Part shown: positions 47,241 through 62,205 of the stretch, piece after piece
Layout of the letters: each line of letters opens with the position of its first letter
Position numbering within the stretch: position 1 is the stretch's first letter
DNA from: Schmidtea polychroa
Taxonomy: Eukaryota
NCBI GenBank assembly: GCA_044892525.1
Contig: CM097885.1
Span: 204,662,001-204,726,000 of the forward strand
Direction: 5' to 3'
Length of the DNA stretch: 64,000 nucleotides
The notes under the pieces: generated by a model
Told to the model about the DNA's origin: nothing
Seen by the model: only the letters and a program-made list of their open reading frames with translations
Databases searched by the model: none
Translations under genes and position numbers: made by a program

Positions 47241-50200
47241 ACGGAAATATTACTGAAGGCATTCGTCAAGAAAACAACGTTGCGAGAGGATTTAAAATCA
47301 GCTATGTCTAGACAGATGACCGAGGAGCCCAAAAAATATTTTAGTATCCTAGACGAGTTAGTTGATAAAATATTGGGACATGAGTTAAATAAGAAAGGTT
47401 TAACAGAATATCTACTGGTACACTGTGCAGCCGAGAAAACTTTGAAGCGAGAATTGTGTCTAAGTGACGCCAAAGACAAATGATTTATTAGAAATATTTT
47501 ACAGGACTTTAAAAATATTTTGAGAATTCGCTCAATTTTAAAAGGTTGGACAAATTTATTACCTTTCGTTCTATTGGATTGGAGAAGCTACAGAATCAAC
47601 TCCATTACATCTGTTATTCAGAACACAAACTTCGTTACCATAGGAGAACATTGATTTTAGAAAAAACACAACTTTGGAGGAACTCAAATCATCACATGGA
47701 TATTTCCTAACCATCAATTCAGATCCTCAATTCACCACAAGAACCAGATACAAGCAATATATTCCAAGGACTTTGGAAAAACCAACTCATGTTTGAATCA
47801 GAACCATATCCGACTCTGGTTTAAAACCGAGATACCTAGGCCCACACAAACTTTCTAAGATCATTGACAAACATGCACATGTTATTATCGACGGACAAAA
47901 CCAAACAATAGGTCAGCACACCTAAAGCCTGCATTTCATTACAGGATGACACAATCAATCATGCTAACCTTAGTTCAAAAGGAAAAAAATCATTTCAAAA
48001 ATGATCAAGGTTCTAAGAAAAACTCAAACAAAGACTACACCAATCTAAATAATTTGCTAATTTATAATACAATGAATATTCCAGAGACAAGTACAATAAT
48101 TCGAAATAATATTCAAAATTTGGAAAATACCTGCAATCCAAAATCAGGCCAGACAACAAGCAACAACAAAAAAACATTCTAATCAAACCTATTAAGCGAA
48201 ACAAAATATTCAAATACGCAACAATGAAATAAACACCCTAAGATAGGCATTCAGCGAATAGAAGATCCGAAAAGAAATCTTTCGTATATAGGGTACGCGA
48301 CAGAACCGTCAGACAATTTATATGTGATTGGCTTCGATTGTTGATGGAATACCTTTTCCGATACCAATATTTTTAATTTTGAACATAATTAAATTTAAAA
48401 AAAATTTATACATAAAATAGCATGTAAACAACATATTTCAATAAATTAGCCTAATTAAATGAATTTGTTTAAAATATATATTATTTTATTATTACTACAG
48501 TATTAAACATTGATCTATAGTCAAAATCTAAATGAAGACAAATGAAATTCTTTTTAAAAATAGCTCAATATTCAAAAAAAATAAATAATAACTAATAGCA
48601 ATAATTTTTACTGAATTTGAAAATATTTTTCTGATAATGTATCAAGAAATTTAATAATCATGATCTTACCCTGATGATCGATCTTCTGATGAGGTTTCCG
48701 TACTTGTTCAGGTTGGAACCAAGTTCCTTTCATTCTCTCTCGGCCTCACGACCCGCTTATGTCGTATATCGCGCCACATCTTGGCAGAACTTTTCCATTT
48801 GATCCACTGTAATGATTTTATTTAAAATTTAATCATGGAGTATATATAATAATACTACTGGTATTTATAATGGTAAAAAGTTATTGATTCTAATCTCCTA
48901 TTAATTATTTTAATTATGCAAATAATAAATTTACTAGTTGAAATCATTTTCTCCTTAAAGCTGTTGGGCCGGAAATGTATAAAATTAATAAAGTTTCCGA
49001 ATAAGGTTTCTTCGGTTTTATTTACCTGTTTTAAACAATAAATTAAGGTGAACTGTACTAAGGTGAAGGAGGCACCAACACAGCACAAAAAAGGCATAAA
49101 GTTTATTTAAAATAACTTAAAAACATCAAATAAACAAAATTTAAAAACATAACAAGAGAAAGTAAAATTTAAACAAAAGTAATAAAATCAGAAAATGCAA
49201 GAAGTAAATATTTTTCTACAAACGGGGCAGTAAATGCGGGCAACGAGACTACCATCAAAATGCAAGTACTTCTCTGGAAACTAATTATTAGATCTTCCTT
49301 ATACTGATTACGGGCGTTAACTTTGGCAGTTTTATATTTGACGCGAACAATACCAATTTCCCATGAGTTCAGGAATTGAACTTGAATAAGCCAGCTGTTT
49401 TGCCACACGATTTAAATTCGCTAAGCTACTTAATGTTCAACGAACAAGTTGTCGGAGTGTAACAAGAGGAATATAATTTATGCAATTAAGTTAACGAATA
49501 GGTATTTTTTGTGTAGACCCATCACCAGGTCCCGATTTCTTTCCCTGTCATGTTTCTATAATCACTGGAACTAAAGCCGAGCGTTTATTTCGACTTTGGT
49601 TTAAGCATTCTTTCAGCTATGATTATAATCTGTTATCCCAGTATTTATCATTTAGATATTTATTTTCTCAGATCATGTCTACTCCAACCTGTCACAAGAG
49701 CATCCTTCGGCTGTGTTTTTCTTGCGCCGATAAGAATAATATCATCCGACGACACTTCGAGCAGATCCAACTATTACGGCTAAAAGTATACCACTTGGAG
49801 GGCACGTGATTTAACCCGACCCAAATGAAGGAATTGTAGAAGAAAATCCTGCAACTAGAATATTGTCGCGATAATCTCTTAAAGGAGATCCGAGCGTAGA
49901 GGATCCTGATCAAGGAGCAGTCACAAGCGCTCCACCAGGTATACACGAGTACGGAACTAAAAGCACAAATTTAAGAATTAATAGACCCAACCAACGTCTA
50001 CTCAGCCCATTATCTCGTGGCTGATTCTTCTATCCATCGTCGACCTGCGTGCACATGATGTATAGCGACCTCTAGTGCGGCTCCTATACCAATGGCCATG
50101 GTCAATGACTCCGCGAAGAGTGCTCTAACCATCGCCCAACCAATCAACCAAGAGACCTCATCGTCAGTCCCAGCGCGTCCGAAATGTCACCCACTCTTGC

Positions 50201-52892
50201 AGGCAGAACGCACCCGCTGGAAGAAGCTCCTACGGGTCGAAGACGAAGCCAAGCTTACGGCGTCTATCGCCCCAGCACCTGTAGCGCGTATAATTCCCAT
50301 AATGGATCTACCAGGGGAAGTGACGGTCGACATGGATTTCGACCTGGATACTTTGCTGACCGAAGCCGAGGAGTCTTCCTTTTGAACCGATACAATGTAA
50401 ATCTCCTTGACGGGTCTGACTATCCATCGCATCAGCGTGTTTTGCCCAGCCACGACCTTCTTTCATTCACATTTTGTATTCTTATCCACTTTTGAATGTT
50501 GTATACTTGTTCTGGTTGGTCATAGCAGTTGTTTCTGGTCCGATAGATGTTTTCTTTTCTTTACTCTGTTGATGTAACTTGTATTCGGTGTGTGATATAA
50601 TTCGTGTAAATAAAACTTTGCCGGTGTTTAATTCTTGTGGTTTGTTTCGAGTAAACGATTTTTCATCAAATCGTAGTGATACATGACTAATACGCATCGT
50701 ATTGATTCAGCATGCATTAATTTTCTGCGAAGACGTAAGCCCTTCCAAAAGCAGTCAAGGACCTGAATTGGAAGCACATCAGGGAGTAGTGCTAACACAT
50801 GTGCTCACCTGTCTCATGTCCTCTGCCGACTTTGTACAGAACCAACGTGGAAGACCTCACAGGTGCCTAGTCCAAATAGTAACCATCTTGCAGCTTGTTT
50901 GGGAAATTGAACTCTAGTGCTTGCTTGAATCTTAGTCTTTTTAAATCATAAAGTATTAATGACGGTAAACCATGTATGCTAATCTTGTGTGGAGTCTGGT
51001 TGTTTTAATTGGTATATTTTTTCTCCCATTCCCCCAACAAAGCCAATAAATCTTTTAATTAAATTATCTCTTCTAATTAAAGGTTTTATCACCTGGTACT
51101 TTTAATGACCTATTTCAATAATAATTTACAGAAAAAAATGATTAAAATCTGCTTTAAGCGACATCTCAAATAATTGTGAAATCAAAATTTCAAAATATAG
51201 TAAAAAAAATTTCAAAATAAAATTAAATAACTAATTAAATTTAATAAAATTTAGGATTTCTGTTCCCCTTTTGGCAGTTCATCGTTGTAATTATCTGCTC
51301 ATCGTCGAACATTCGGTTCGGTATTGATTTCACACTCATATTTAAATTTAAAAAATCTTTTACTCAAGTAAAACAAAAAATGTAAATATAAATCGCCCGT
51401 CCTAAATGATCATAATCGCTTTAGAACGTCATTATTCATCTCGAAAGTATAATGCGGAAGCCTGTCATAATTTGTTTGATCATTTGTTCCGAATAACGAA
51501 TTTCACTTTCCTCATATCTGAAATTCTCCTTTCCACTCTAACTGAGATGACAATAAATTTTATTGTGGTACTCAGTATGTCATTCTGAGCACCCGATCAG
51601 CAGTTTAGCAATTTTAGGTAGGTCCTATTGACTCAGGATCTACTTTTTATAACAAAATTCATAGATCTCTTAATAGATCTAAAAATATAAAAAAAATTTT
51701 TTATCTTTGCTCTCTCCTTTCTTTTCTTTTCCTCTTTGTTGCAAACCACCTGCTCTATTCATCACTTGTTCTTTGCATCTTTATATTTCTGAGATTTCTT
51801 TTTCAAACATTTTCTGACAATATTTAAATTTTTCCCTCAACTATTTTTTTTAAATGCTTGTACCGACAATTCATCTATTCGTCTTGGTTTTCGTAGTAAT
51901 TTTCTATTTCTTATTTATTGCTTATAAACATTGTTGGAACCATATTTGTAATTATGCATTTTTTTCATTGATTTTTTTTGTTTTAATTAGTGTTTTTCTG
52001 TATTTTCGTTTTCTTGTTTCTTAATTCTTATTTGGTTTACATTTTTTGTTTCTTAATCTAATTTTTTATTATATTTTCTTTTCTCTTTTATTTTATAAGT
52101 ATTTATTTATTTCGTGTATCTTTTCACCCTCTTTCTTTTCCAATGTGGATTTTTTCCCCTGGTCGTTTATTCGCTTTAACTAAAGAAATTATTTTTTCCC
52201 TACTTTTTCCCCAACAACAAATATAAATTAAAATTTATTAAGTAGATTTAATACAGTAAATGTATTAGTCAAAAAATAGGAAACCTAAAAACAACATCTT
52301 TGACAAGAAGGAATAAAGAGAAAACTGACTGGAAATATTACCAATAAATAAGGAAACAAAGTAAAACTGGGTACGCGTCATTCATTATAACCTATAGAAC
52401 GGATATTAAACTTTATTCTAGTTTTCCATCACCAGTTATAGAATCAGTAAAAAGGAAACTCAAAAAGATGACAAATATGAACCAATGCGATAAATAATAA
52501 TACATTTTAAGATTGAAAATATTCAAGCAATCTTAAAAAATATTAAAAAAACTAAATAAAAAACGAGCTGGTTACCTCACCGATCAAGCAGTAGGAATGA
52601 TCATAAACATCCTAGATTTCATTGACATTATTATTGAATGCCTCATGCAAAAATTAAAAAATTCTGAATCTCTAAATTTGTAAATCTAAACATAACTCAA
52701 CGAACTAATAATATTCAAATTTTTTTAAATGATTGGATTTATTTAAAAATACACTAATATCAAGATTTAATTTTGTTTTAAATTATCAATTCTCAAAAGT
52801 TCATAATTGAAATATAATTACATGGATAATTACTAAAATTATTATCAAATTAATTAACATTTATTTTGTTTATGTGGTATTCTACTAATATT

Positions 52893-53439
52893 ATGAATAA
52901 AACTTATATTGACGAAGCAAACAAACATCTGCAAGCCTTAACTGATCAAAATGCAGTTTTAGAAGCCAAGTTGAAAGATGCTAATGAAAAATTATTGGCT
53001 AAAGAAACTGAAGTTAACGAAATTATTCAAGTAGGTCAATTTTACAAAACTAAATTAATAATTTATAATTAAGGATATGGCCAGAAGAAATCAAGAACAT
53101 ACCAAAGAACTTTCCGAAAAACTCAATAAATCTGAAGCGAGGTGTCGTAAATTGGAAATGCAATTAGAAACAAAAGAAATGGAAATTTCAATTTCAGATC
53201 ACAAATCCAAATTAATGGAAGAAATAATCAAATATAAACCTTTGCTTGCAAAACTAACGATTTGTCTTGAACAGGCAGAACAATATTCACAAACTGGTTA
53301 TAATCAACGGCAGTATTATACGAACAATCCAGGAAAAGGTCAATATATGAATAATAGTGATATATCTACACTCGTTGAAAAAGCAGCTATGTCTTTACCT
53401 ATATATGATACCCAACAAAATGGAAATAATTTTCATTGA
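52893..53439 (+). CDS. VMAC: VMAC-like coiled-coil protein, 167 aa (exons 52893-53030, 53074-53439)
   Basis: 43-nt phase-0 GT-AG intron. IDEANKHLQALTDQNAVLEAKL and KPLLAKLTICLEQAE resemble the vertebrate VMAC segments as I recall them (IREANAHL...ELEARL; PPLAGLL..LAEAE). Similar length. Confidence 0.68.
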
Positions 53440-56400
53440 AATATAAAAACAATTCAAAAGAAATCTCTGTGATCTTCAATTGTGTGCGGAAGATGTAAGC
53501 ACGCATAGACACACAATTACAAATTTTTAGCATACACACAATCATTATTTGAATTCAATTGTTGGTATTAAATTTATTATTGTATTGATTAATTTATAAA
53601 ATTAGTCATTTGATGAATCAGTTTCAGTGTTTTCTATGACAGGCATGATATCACCGGGTTCGCATTTTCGAAGAAATCGCTTCAAAGACCTATTCAATTA
53701 ATCATTAGAGAACCCCAAATGGAATTATAACCTGTTTTCCATTTCCATAAAATATCGATTAGCACTGCCATCCGTTTGGCAAAGGTCTTGGACTTTTCCC
53801 GATGTTTTATAGGAAATTATTCTCGGATACGACGCTAATTCCTTGTTTTCATTAGAATAATAATTTGAGAGATCGCCTTTGCTTAAAACCACAAATGAAA
53901 TGTTTTCTTGTTTTAATTCTCCAATTTGCTTAATTTAATAACAGTAATAATTCAAATCAATAAAAAAAATTTTGATAAAAAGATTTTTATTGTTAACTAC
54001 AGGCCAGCTATGTGATAAGTGTAAGCCATTGAAAACAGGCACCCTATTTTCAAAGAAATTTAGGACATCGAATTTATTTATTTACTCGTTCTTCCGTGGT
54101 GATCTGAAGATATTGGTGTAGACAGATGGGGATATAAACAAACTACTATTCTTTACATAAGTTATCTTCAGACAATTTCTGTCTCATTTTCAACATCCAT
54201 TATTTACCATAGTAACTGAAGGTGTTGCTAGACATGTGCTAAATACTTGAAGCCCTCTTCTAACATGCCCCCTTTGCAAAGATGTCCTTCTTAAAGGACA
54301 TCATTCACGGATGTGGATACGTAAAATTAAATAAATATTAAATTATAAGAAAGCATTAGACATCTATTTTACTATATATTTCGATGTTTTTGTTATTATC
54401 AGGTAAGGTGTGTCGACTAAAAAAGTTCACAAATTGGATACACTTTTGCTTTGAGATGAGGCGGATCTGAGGTACACATGGATTGTTCATGACTTTTTGA
54501 ACAACATGAATGTTTTTGATTCGAACCCATTCAAAAATGACAGGAGAATGGGTAATGTTCATCAAGAAATGGTAGGAGATGCTGTTGCAGATATTTTTTG
54601 ATATAAATAGAGGCATTTGGGGCCCTTAAATTTGATTTTCGGACCAATAATTAGGACAATCCACGTGACACTGCAGGCCGTACCGAAACTTTAGGGCAAA
54701 TTTCTTTGAATTTGAATCGAATCTCATATGGGACATTGTGTTTATTTGATTTGAGGAAATGTGGTATTCTTCATTTTGTTAGCCATTCAGTGTGAAGTAT
54801 GATTAATTATAATTATCCAATAAAAACTCTTCACTTTCTCGATACAAAAATATTTCAAAATTTAATTCGGCCAGACCGGTGGATTTGTTGAGCAGGATTT
54901 ACTCTAAGGGTCTCCATTCTCTATCTATATACAACATCTGCTTCTTTTGATGTTAAATTTTTTTGCAGGTTTTCAGAGGCTTTAGCCTACATTTCTATTG
55001 GCTGAGGCCACCAGCTTCTTTCGACAAGATTCGACCATCATCATACATTTTATGTCACCTCCAGACCTTATGTCAGTGATACTGTCTTCTTCATATACCT
55101 GGATGATCTTATGAATACAATGGCCTACAAATTTATTTACAGTTGCAACCATAGAATTATTACAAAATGATATCATTTGCGAAGCTCTTCGTGCTCAAAT
55201 CTGTGATAAACAATAAAACCCAGCAAAATGATGTAACAAAAATTATTAGAATAAATTAAAAAACCAAAAAGTTATACAATTTTAAATTTTTGTGAACTTT
55301 TTACCGGACACACCTTAGAATAGAAAACACTAGATATTATAGATTTAATTACCAAATTGCAAAATTTTATTATTTAAAATATTTAATTTGTACACATTTT
55401 AATTTTTTAACAATTAATCAATAAAATTAAAAAAAATTATTTAACTTAATAAATTATATGCATAACAACAATAATCCACATGCACTCAAATTATCACCGA
55501 AACTAATTCAAAAACCTAGTGTTCACAGCATTTTGCACAGTAATTTTCGGATTCAATGATTTTATCAACAAATCTTCACATATTTAATAAAATTTTAAAA
55601 TCAAATATACCAATTTTGCTCAAACACGAAACAGTTAACAACGAATTATTATTGTATTTTTAATTTTTTTGTAATGAAGTTAAAATATATTTTATTCAAA
55701 AGTTATTTATTTTTGTGCTTATAGTGTTGATTATATAAATATATGTAATTCCATTCATTTGTATATAATAATAGTAGTTCTAGTCATATATTAAATTTTT
55801 TTGTTTGTATTAAATGTTTGTGTTTTCTAATGATGAAATTCCAAGAAGTACATGTTAACTTCTTCATAGTTACTCTAAAAAAAGAATGATTAGAAAGAAG
55901 TTAATATTCACCAATTGTTAGTGACTGCCTGAGCTGATGAGTATATAATTTGTCTTCGTCATGTTCAAGAATAGGCACGCAAGTTTCGAGTTCTCAATTT
56001 TTATCATAGAAAGAGATAAGATAGACCCAGACAAATGAGACCCGATGCAAACATTGTTTATGTAAAGGAACTAGTTTAAAATGACCAATGCATGTCTGTG
56101 TATAGTATACGAATTCTGAAAGGTGTTATCTACAAAGTTTTGTCACCGGCTGGGTACGCTACAAACTTACAGACAACATGAAACAGCATAAGTGATAGTA
56201 TACAGGCTATTTTAAATGACTTGACCGTTTCATTTTTCTTAACGTGAAGAAAAGAATGGAGTTGGCATTCAACAATACGCGTGAAGTTCAGGTCTTTATT
56301 GAGACTAGTAACGCTTGTCTCTGAACAATGAACTTCTCCATCTTCGACATGATATAAATGGTATTATTGAATGTGGTGAAGATTATTTGTAACTATATTC

Positions 56401-56902
56401 ATGTTCATTGACATTCAGTTCTTTCAAGAATTATAAAAACGACATTAATTTTTAGGCCCCTATATATAACATTTGTATTCTGCAACAACTATGTGCAATG
56501 TGAAATCAAATTAACAGATTCAGTGTGCTACTAAAATTTACATCGAATATTTCGCGATGACACCAATATAATATTTGTTTATAATCTATTTAAAACCAAA
56601 GTAGAGATGAATTAATGAACATTTCGAAGAAATATTGTCAAGAAATTAAATTCATAAATATATTATATTAAAATAAAATAAATATTTAAACAATTAAATT
56701 GATATTGATATAATAAATGATATTTCAATAATAATAATAATCTAAATACATAATTCTCTATGTATGTATGTGAATGAGCGATTATGGAATAACGCTTAAT
56801 TAAAATCACCAAATGGGAAATTTTATTATAACTTTTAACTTTGATCGACAATATGGCATTTTTTATTTTTCTGAAAATCGAATTTCTTCAATCGAATGAT
56901 GC

Positions 56903-57022
56903 ATAATTTGTCCAATTTGGACCATTAATTCTTTTTTAACTGTTATCTACTACATAATAGAGAATTATTATATTGTAGATAACAGTTAAACAAGAATTAA
57001 TGATCCAAATTGGGCAAATTAT
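56903..57022. repeat. 120-bp palindromic MITE/hairpin
   Basis: 48-bp arms 56903-56950 and 56975-57022 with 3 mismatches. Confidence 0.65.
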
Positions 57023-57032
57023 ATACCATAAT

Positions 57033-57339
57033 GCTATGACAATCAATAAGGCACAAGGCAAATCTTTCGACCATATTGGTGCAAGTCTTCCCACATGGAC
57101 AACTTTATGTGGGTTTAACTCGCGGACGATATCACGGAAACTTAAAAATTCAAATTACCGACTCTTTTTATCAAGGTTCTTTCTGAGATGATCAAACTTA
57201 TACCAAAAATATTTTCATTAAAGAGTTATTGAATTAAAATAAACATGAATTAATACACATATTGAATCTTTTTTTAACATACAAATCCATGTTTTGGGAT
57301 GGATACATGATTCCGTCATTTTTGACGGGTTGTAGCTAG
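57033..57339 (+). mobile_element. Helitron 3' end (helicase C-terminal remnant, hairpin, CTAG)
   Basis: AMTINKAQGKSFDHIG...HGQLYVG...TKNIF.KELL; hairpin CCGTCA-TTTT-TGACGG (57313-57328); terminal CTAG (57336-57339) followed by T. Confidence 0.82.
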
Positions 57340-58274
57340 TAATAATAATAATGCTATTTTATTAAAAAAATGTAAGTTTAAAAATCAAAATCCAGTCACA
57401 TTTTATCTAATTACATCAATATCAAGTAATATGGAGCTCAGACATTTTTATTTAGCCTCTAATGATAAATCGTGATTGAAGGAAATCTAATATATTGATA
57501 AAAAGAAAGGACAGAGAAAAGATCGAAAAAAATCAATATAAGAAAGAATTAGTAATAAATTCATTTGTATCAACACGGAGATTTTAAAAGCGATAAATTT
57601 AGAGGCAGGATTATGCCACATAATAATTTTAAAAAGCAATATGAAGCCTCCTTTCCGTATAGGTTATAAAATATAAAATGGCTACTTATACTAAATCAAT
57701 GAATGATGCATGTTTCCCCATATAAGATAAAGTTGTATAATATTCTTGACGGATAACAAAGACTAGATAATGATTATTGTTTGATATTTTCTGCACACTT
57801 CTCAACTACTTAACCACGCGTTTCAATGAGAGCGAGCAATTGAAAATCTTCTCATTTCTGATTTGCCCTTAAATCAATTTACTACCGACTCGTAAAATTC
57901 TAAGAATTTTCAACTAATTTCTAAATTTATTTTTGTTTATCGAAATCATTATTATCAGCCAATGGGAAACATCCATTTTCCATTTTTATGTGTAAAACAC
58001 TCAAATCAATAAAGATTATAATACATTTATGCTATAAATTTCACTCATTTTACACTGTCTAAATAACCAATATATGTAAATATTTCTTTCCTTAAACAAG
58101 CCTACAGCTAATAAATTATTGGGATTATGTGTTTAGGATCGCAATAACCTATTGTTTAATTACTGGTTACAAGATAATTATTGATCAGATTGTGTTGATC
58201 AATATTTAAGAACCTTTTCCAGAATATTTTTCAATATGATTTTATTGAGATTAGAGATAATTCGGAATTATTAC

Positions 58275-61200
58275 CTCGGTTAAACGCAGCTCTTCAAATT
58301 TCACTGGAAAGCTACAAGCAGTTTCTGATTTTGGACAAACCATAGAATGAGGACACTGGGAAAACCATTAAGAAATACCTGGCTTAATAAATTATTTACC
58401 GGTGAAAATATTCGTGCGGGGTTTTCGTCATTTTCAGTGCTAGCCACAAGCCAATCTCTTGCTTCGAGTATTGCTTGAAAACCAGCTTTTGTGCCTTGTT
58501 CTATGAAGATAATAAATTTGCCAGTTTTCTGCCATAAATTTGTAATGATTTCTCGTCGACTCAAATATCCACCTGCAACATCGAGTAAACTGTAGCAACT
58601 GATAACTATGTCATATTCAATGTCGACTGAGGTCGAAAAATAAGACCGATGCGTAATCCCTGGCAAAGCAGTCAGGTGTTGTTTTATTGCCCCGTCTTTC
58701 AATAAAAATTCTGAAATCGACAACAAAGTTGTTGACGCATCAACAAGAAAATGCTGCTTTATAGTGCCTATCGGCCAAACACTGTTGGCTGCCCTAAAAA
58801 TACCTATTATCTAATTCATTACTTACAAATTAAACATTCTGTAAACCAGCCACTTCAACTAATAACCAGTATTTTTCAACATCTTTTTAATCGTGTCCTT
58901 TAATTTAATTTAAATTAATTTCTAAGGTAAGCAATATGAAACCTTTACTATTTAATTACCGAGAAATTTATACCTATTAATATCCATAAATACATAGGAT
59001 TATAAAAACATCTTATCAAATGTAAAAGGCTAAAAAAGAAATTTAACTTAATATTTTACTTATAGTTTGTCAGTAAAATATTAGGTTTAACTTATTTCAA
59101 AATAAAATAAATGAAATACTATAGAGCAGAAATGGGTAACCTTTTATCAACAATAGGTGAGTGAAAATATTTTTTAAGTGTATATGAGAAAATCTTTTTC
59201 TAACTTTCAACAGTTTTATTAAAACCGTGTACTAAAAAGTGCCTAATCAATTTTATTAATAAGGAAAATGAAATTCAAATTTAATATATAATTACAAAGA
59301 TAGAGTAATAAAATACCAATAAAATTACAGTAAGGAATTGGTATATTTTATTTAACCCTTTCCTATCCTGTGCTTATAAAAATTATATATAGTGAAATGA
59401 GTAAATTTAGCTGCATGAGGTTTAACTTTGACTTTGAACTAATAAGAATACAGACATATCAATATGAAAATACCTCACGTTTCTATATATATATATATAT
59501 TTCTGTCGAAGAAAAAACAATTTGTAGGAGTAATCAATTATATAAGTTTCTAATATTTGATATATAATATAAAGCAATGTATCTATTTTCTTAGAAATAC
59601 TTCTTAAAGATGGTCAACCAAATGCATTGTGAGGAAGTTTTAGACAAAGATTTTTTCTAGTGGGTGCTATTAAATCTGAAAGTAATGATTGAGGATGTTA
59701 GTTTGAAATTAGAAAGTGATATGAAAATAGAGGAGAGTTCATATGATTAGGACAACGAGATTAGCGATACTAAGGATCAAGATCGTTGAAAAAAGATGAC
59801 ATCCAACAGATTGTTTCGAAAAATATCATTCCCGGAATAATTACATTTTATAAACTGTAAAACTAGAGACAAATTGAGAATGTAGAAGACTAATTTCAAG
59901 TTCTGTGATATAAAATTATTATTTCTTAAAGCTCTAGTATTTTGATCACCCACTGTAATTCCCCAAATGTATTGTTTTTTGGTTAGCATGGTTCTCAATT
60001 TGGATTATTGTTACGTTTTCAGAAAAAAGCGGATCCAGTAAATACAGAGTCATATACCAAAAGATTACCGCAGAAATTTCAATAAGCATTGCAATGTTTC
60101 AGGTTTTTCCATAATCGATTAAATCTGTATAAAATCTCTATTTACCTTTTCATTGTTTCTTGAGATAGTTTATAATTCCATTATTAGCAGGAAATACCGT
60201 ATATACTTGCGTATAAGTCGAGTAAATTTTAAGAGGTTTTTAAGTCCTAAATTGGAAACCCGCGTATAAGTCGTAGTAACAAAAATAAAAAAAAGGTTTA
60301 ATGATTTCATTAAAAATTAATTTGTACGTTTTTTGACCAGCGTATAAGTCGAAGTGGCTATTCTGACTTGAAATTTGACGTAAATTTCTCGACTTATATG
60401 CGAGTATATACGGTAATTGATGTTTCACTGCTCTTCTATGTCCAAGATAATGCCAGTTTGAATAGTTGCCAATGAAAAGCATGCTTGATTGCTATAGCTT
60501 TAGAAAGTAAAAATAAATTATCATTTATTTCAACCTCCACAAAGTATCAATTCATAACAATAGGACAGAAGTTTCAATTAAATTACGATTAAGAGATATC
60601 TTCAAGTAACATCAGATATCTTTTCATTTTTAAATTACTATTTTCATATAAAGAATTAAATTTTTCTTTTAACGATATAAGTTGTTTTCCAAGTTCTTTA
60701 TCCGTTTTTCATAAAATTTACTTCCTTTCAGCTTCATTAGCATTAACTTTTACAGATGATTCCAATTCATATACTGCTCCGCACGAACTGATATGATCTC
60801 ATCATATTTCATACTTGTCGATTCTTGTTTTTTACTCCGAATGTGTATTTATGTTACTACTTAAAGAAAGTGGGGTACCCCCACCCCTTGCTCCTGGTTA
60901 GTGCATAAAATTTCTATTTTCCTCTAGCAGTGTGGCACTTTTAGCTAATTCTCTAAAAATCATATTTGCACTCAAAGGACTAAAATAGCAAAGTTTATTT
61001 CCATATAAGACCAATTAAAATTTTATCGATTAATTTTCATAATATATCTGACCAGTTTTTTACATCAATTTCCAAGTTGTTAAATCACATGAAAGCCATG
61101 GGCTCAAATTGATCAAGTTTTCGAAAAAAACTTTTAAAAATACTTTGGTAGAAATTAAAAATATATTAATTATACTTTTAAAAAATATTAATTATATATA

Positions 61201-62161
61201 TATATTGATAATTGATATATTTTAATATCAATAAAATAATAAAAATGATGGATTTTTGGTAGCAGCATAAATTAGATGTTTACAGGGTTGCCAACTTTTG
61301 AAGATGTCATTATAGTACAATATGGACAAAATTATAGTATTTTCAAAAAAATTATAGTACATATTTAAAAAACTACAAAAAAATGCTTTTCTATTATAAA
61401 CTTTTTATTAAAATTAAATTAACAAAAATTAAAATATTTGGTTTTTCTTCAGGACCCATTAAAAAATATACATAAAAACAATAGCAAACAAATTCATATG
61501 ATAATTAAGTAATAAATTTATATGTAATAATACTTATTATATATTTATAGTTACATATAGCATAATTCTATTTTGATTTAAGCGTCAGTCATACCCTTAA
61601 TATTTAAAAAACGTACTATGTTTAGAAAAACACATGAACTTTGAATTTCAATCCAACAAAACAAATCAGATGTTAATTTTTACCATCTGCTCATATTCAT
61701 TATTCATACCGAAATACGTTTTGTAAAAAATTAATATTGATTAAAGTTTTTTTTAGAAAAATTCTGATTAATTGTTTTCAGAAAATTAAAATATCGTAGT
61801 GAAAAAATGTTTTAGATAAATTTGTTAAAATTATAGTACAATTAGAACTTCCAATAGTACATAGTACACAAGATACAAATTATGGTACAAATACTATAAT
61901 TATAGTACGGTTGGCAACGCTGGATGTTTAACACGTAAATGATAAGATAAGATTAAGGTGAAAATTTTACACATAATAAAATTTAACATTTTCTATCACA
62001 ATATTCATTTTTATAATTTTTATTATACAAACGTTTTTTTATCAATTTCGCGCTAATAACCAATATGTATAAATAAATTTATGACTTTGCTTCCGAACTG
62101 GAAAAATATCCAATAATCACTCATAGGTAACAAGAGGTGTTTGATGGCAAATAAATAGCTG

Positions 62162-62205
<44 letters not shown>

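Larger units (their letters stand above)
36113..47483 (+). pseudogene. Gypsy gag-like ORF (144 aa when rejoined) interrupted by the Polinton-like insertion
   Basis: 36113-36310 (...FHRGDDVETFIKECDKYF...PNIITE) joins in frame to 47247-47483 (ILLKAFVKKTTLREDLKSAMSRQMTEE...). Nearby relics: RT-like LVLKKNGAYRPCNDFRK (~35680-35730) and integrase C-terminal LKPRYLGPH (~47820-47940). Confidence 0.7.

Noticed and set aside
48660-48720. CTGATGA motifs as another hammerhead (also at ~55934)
   Set aside because: No correctly placed stem II-GAAA-stem III.
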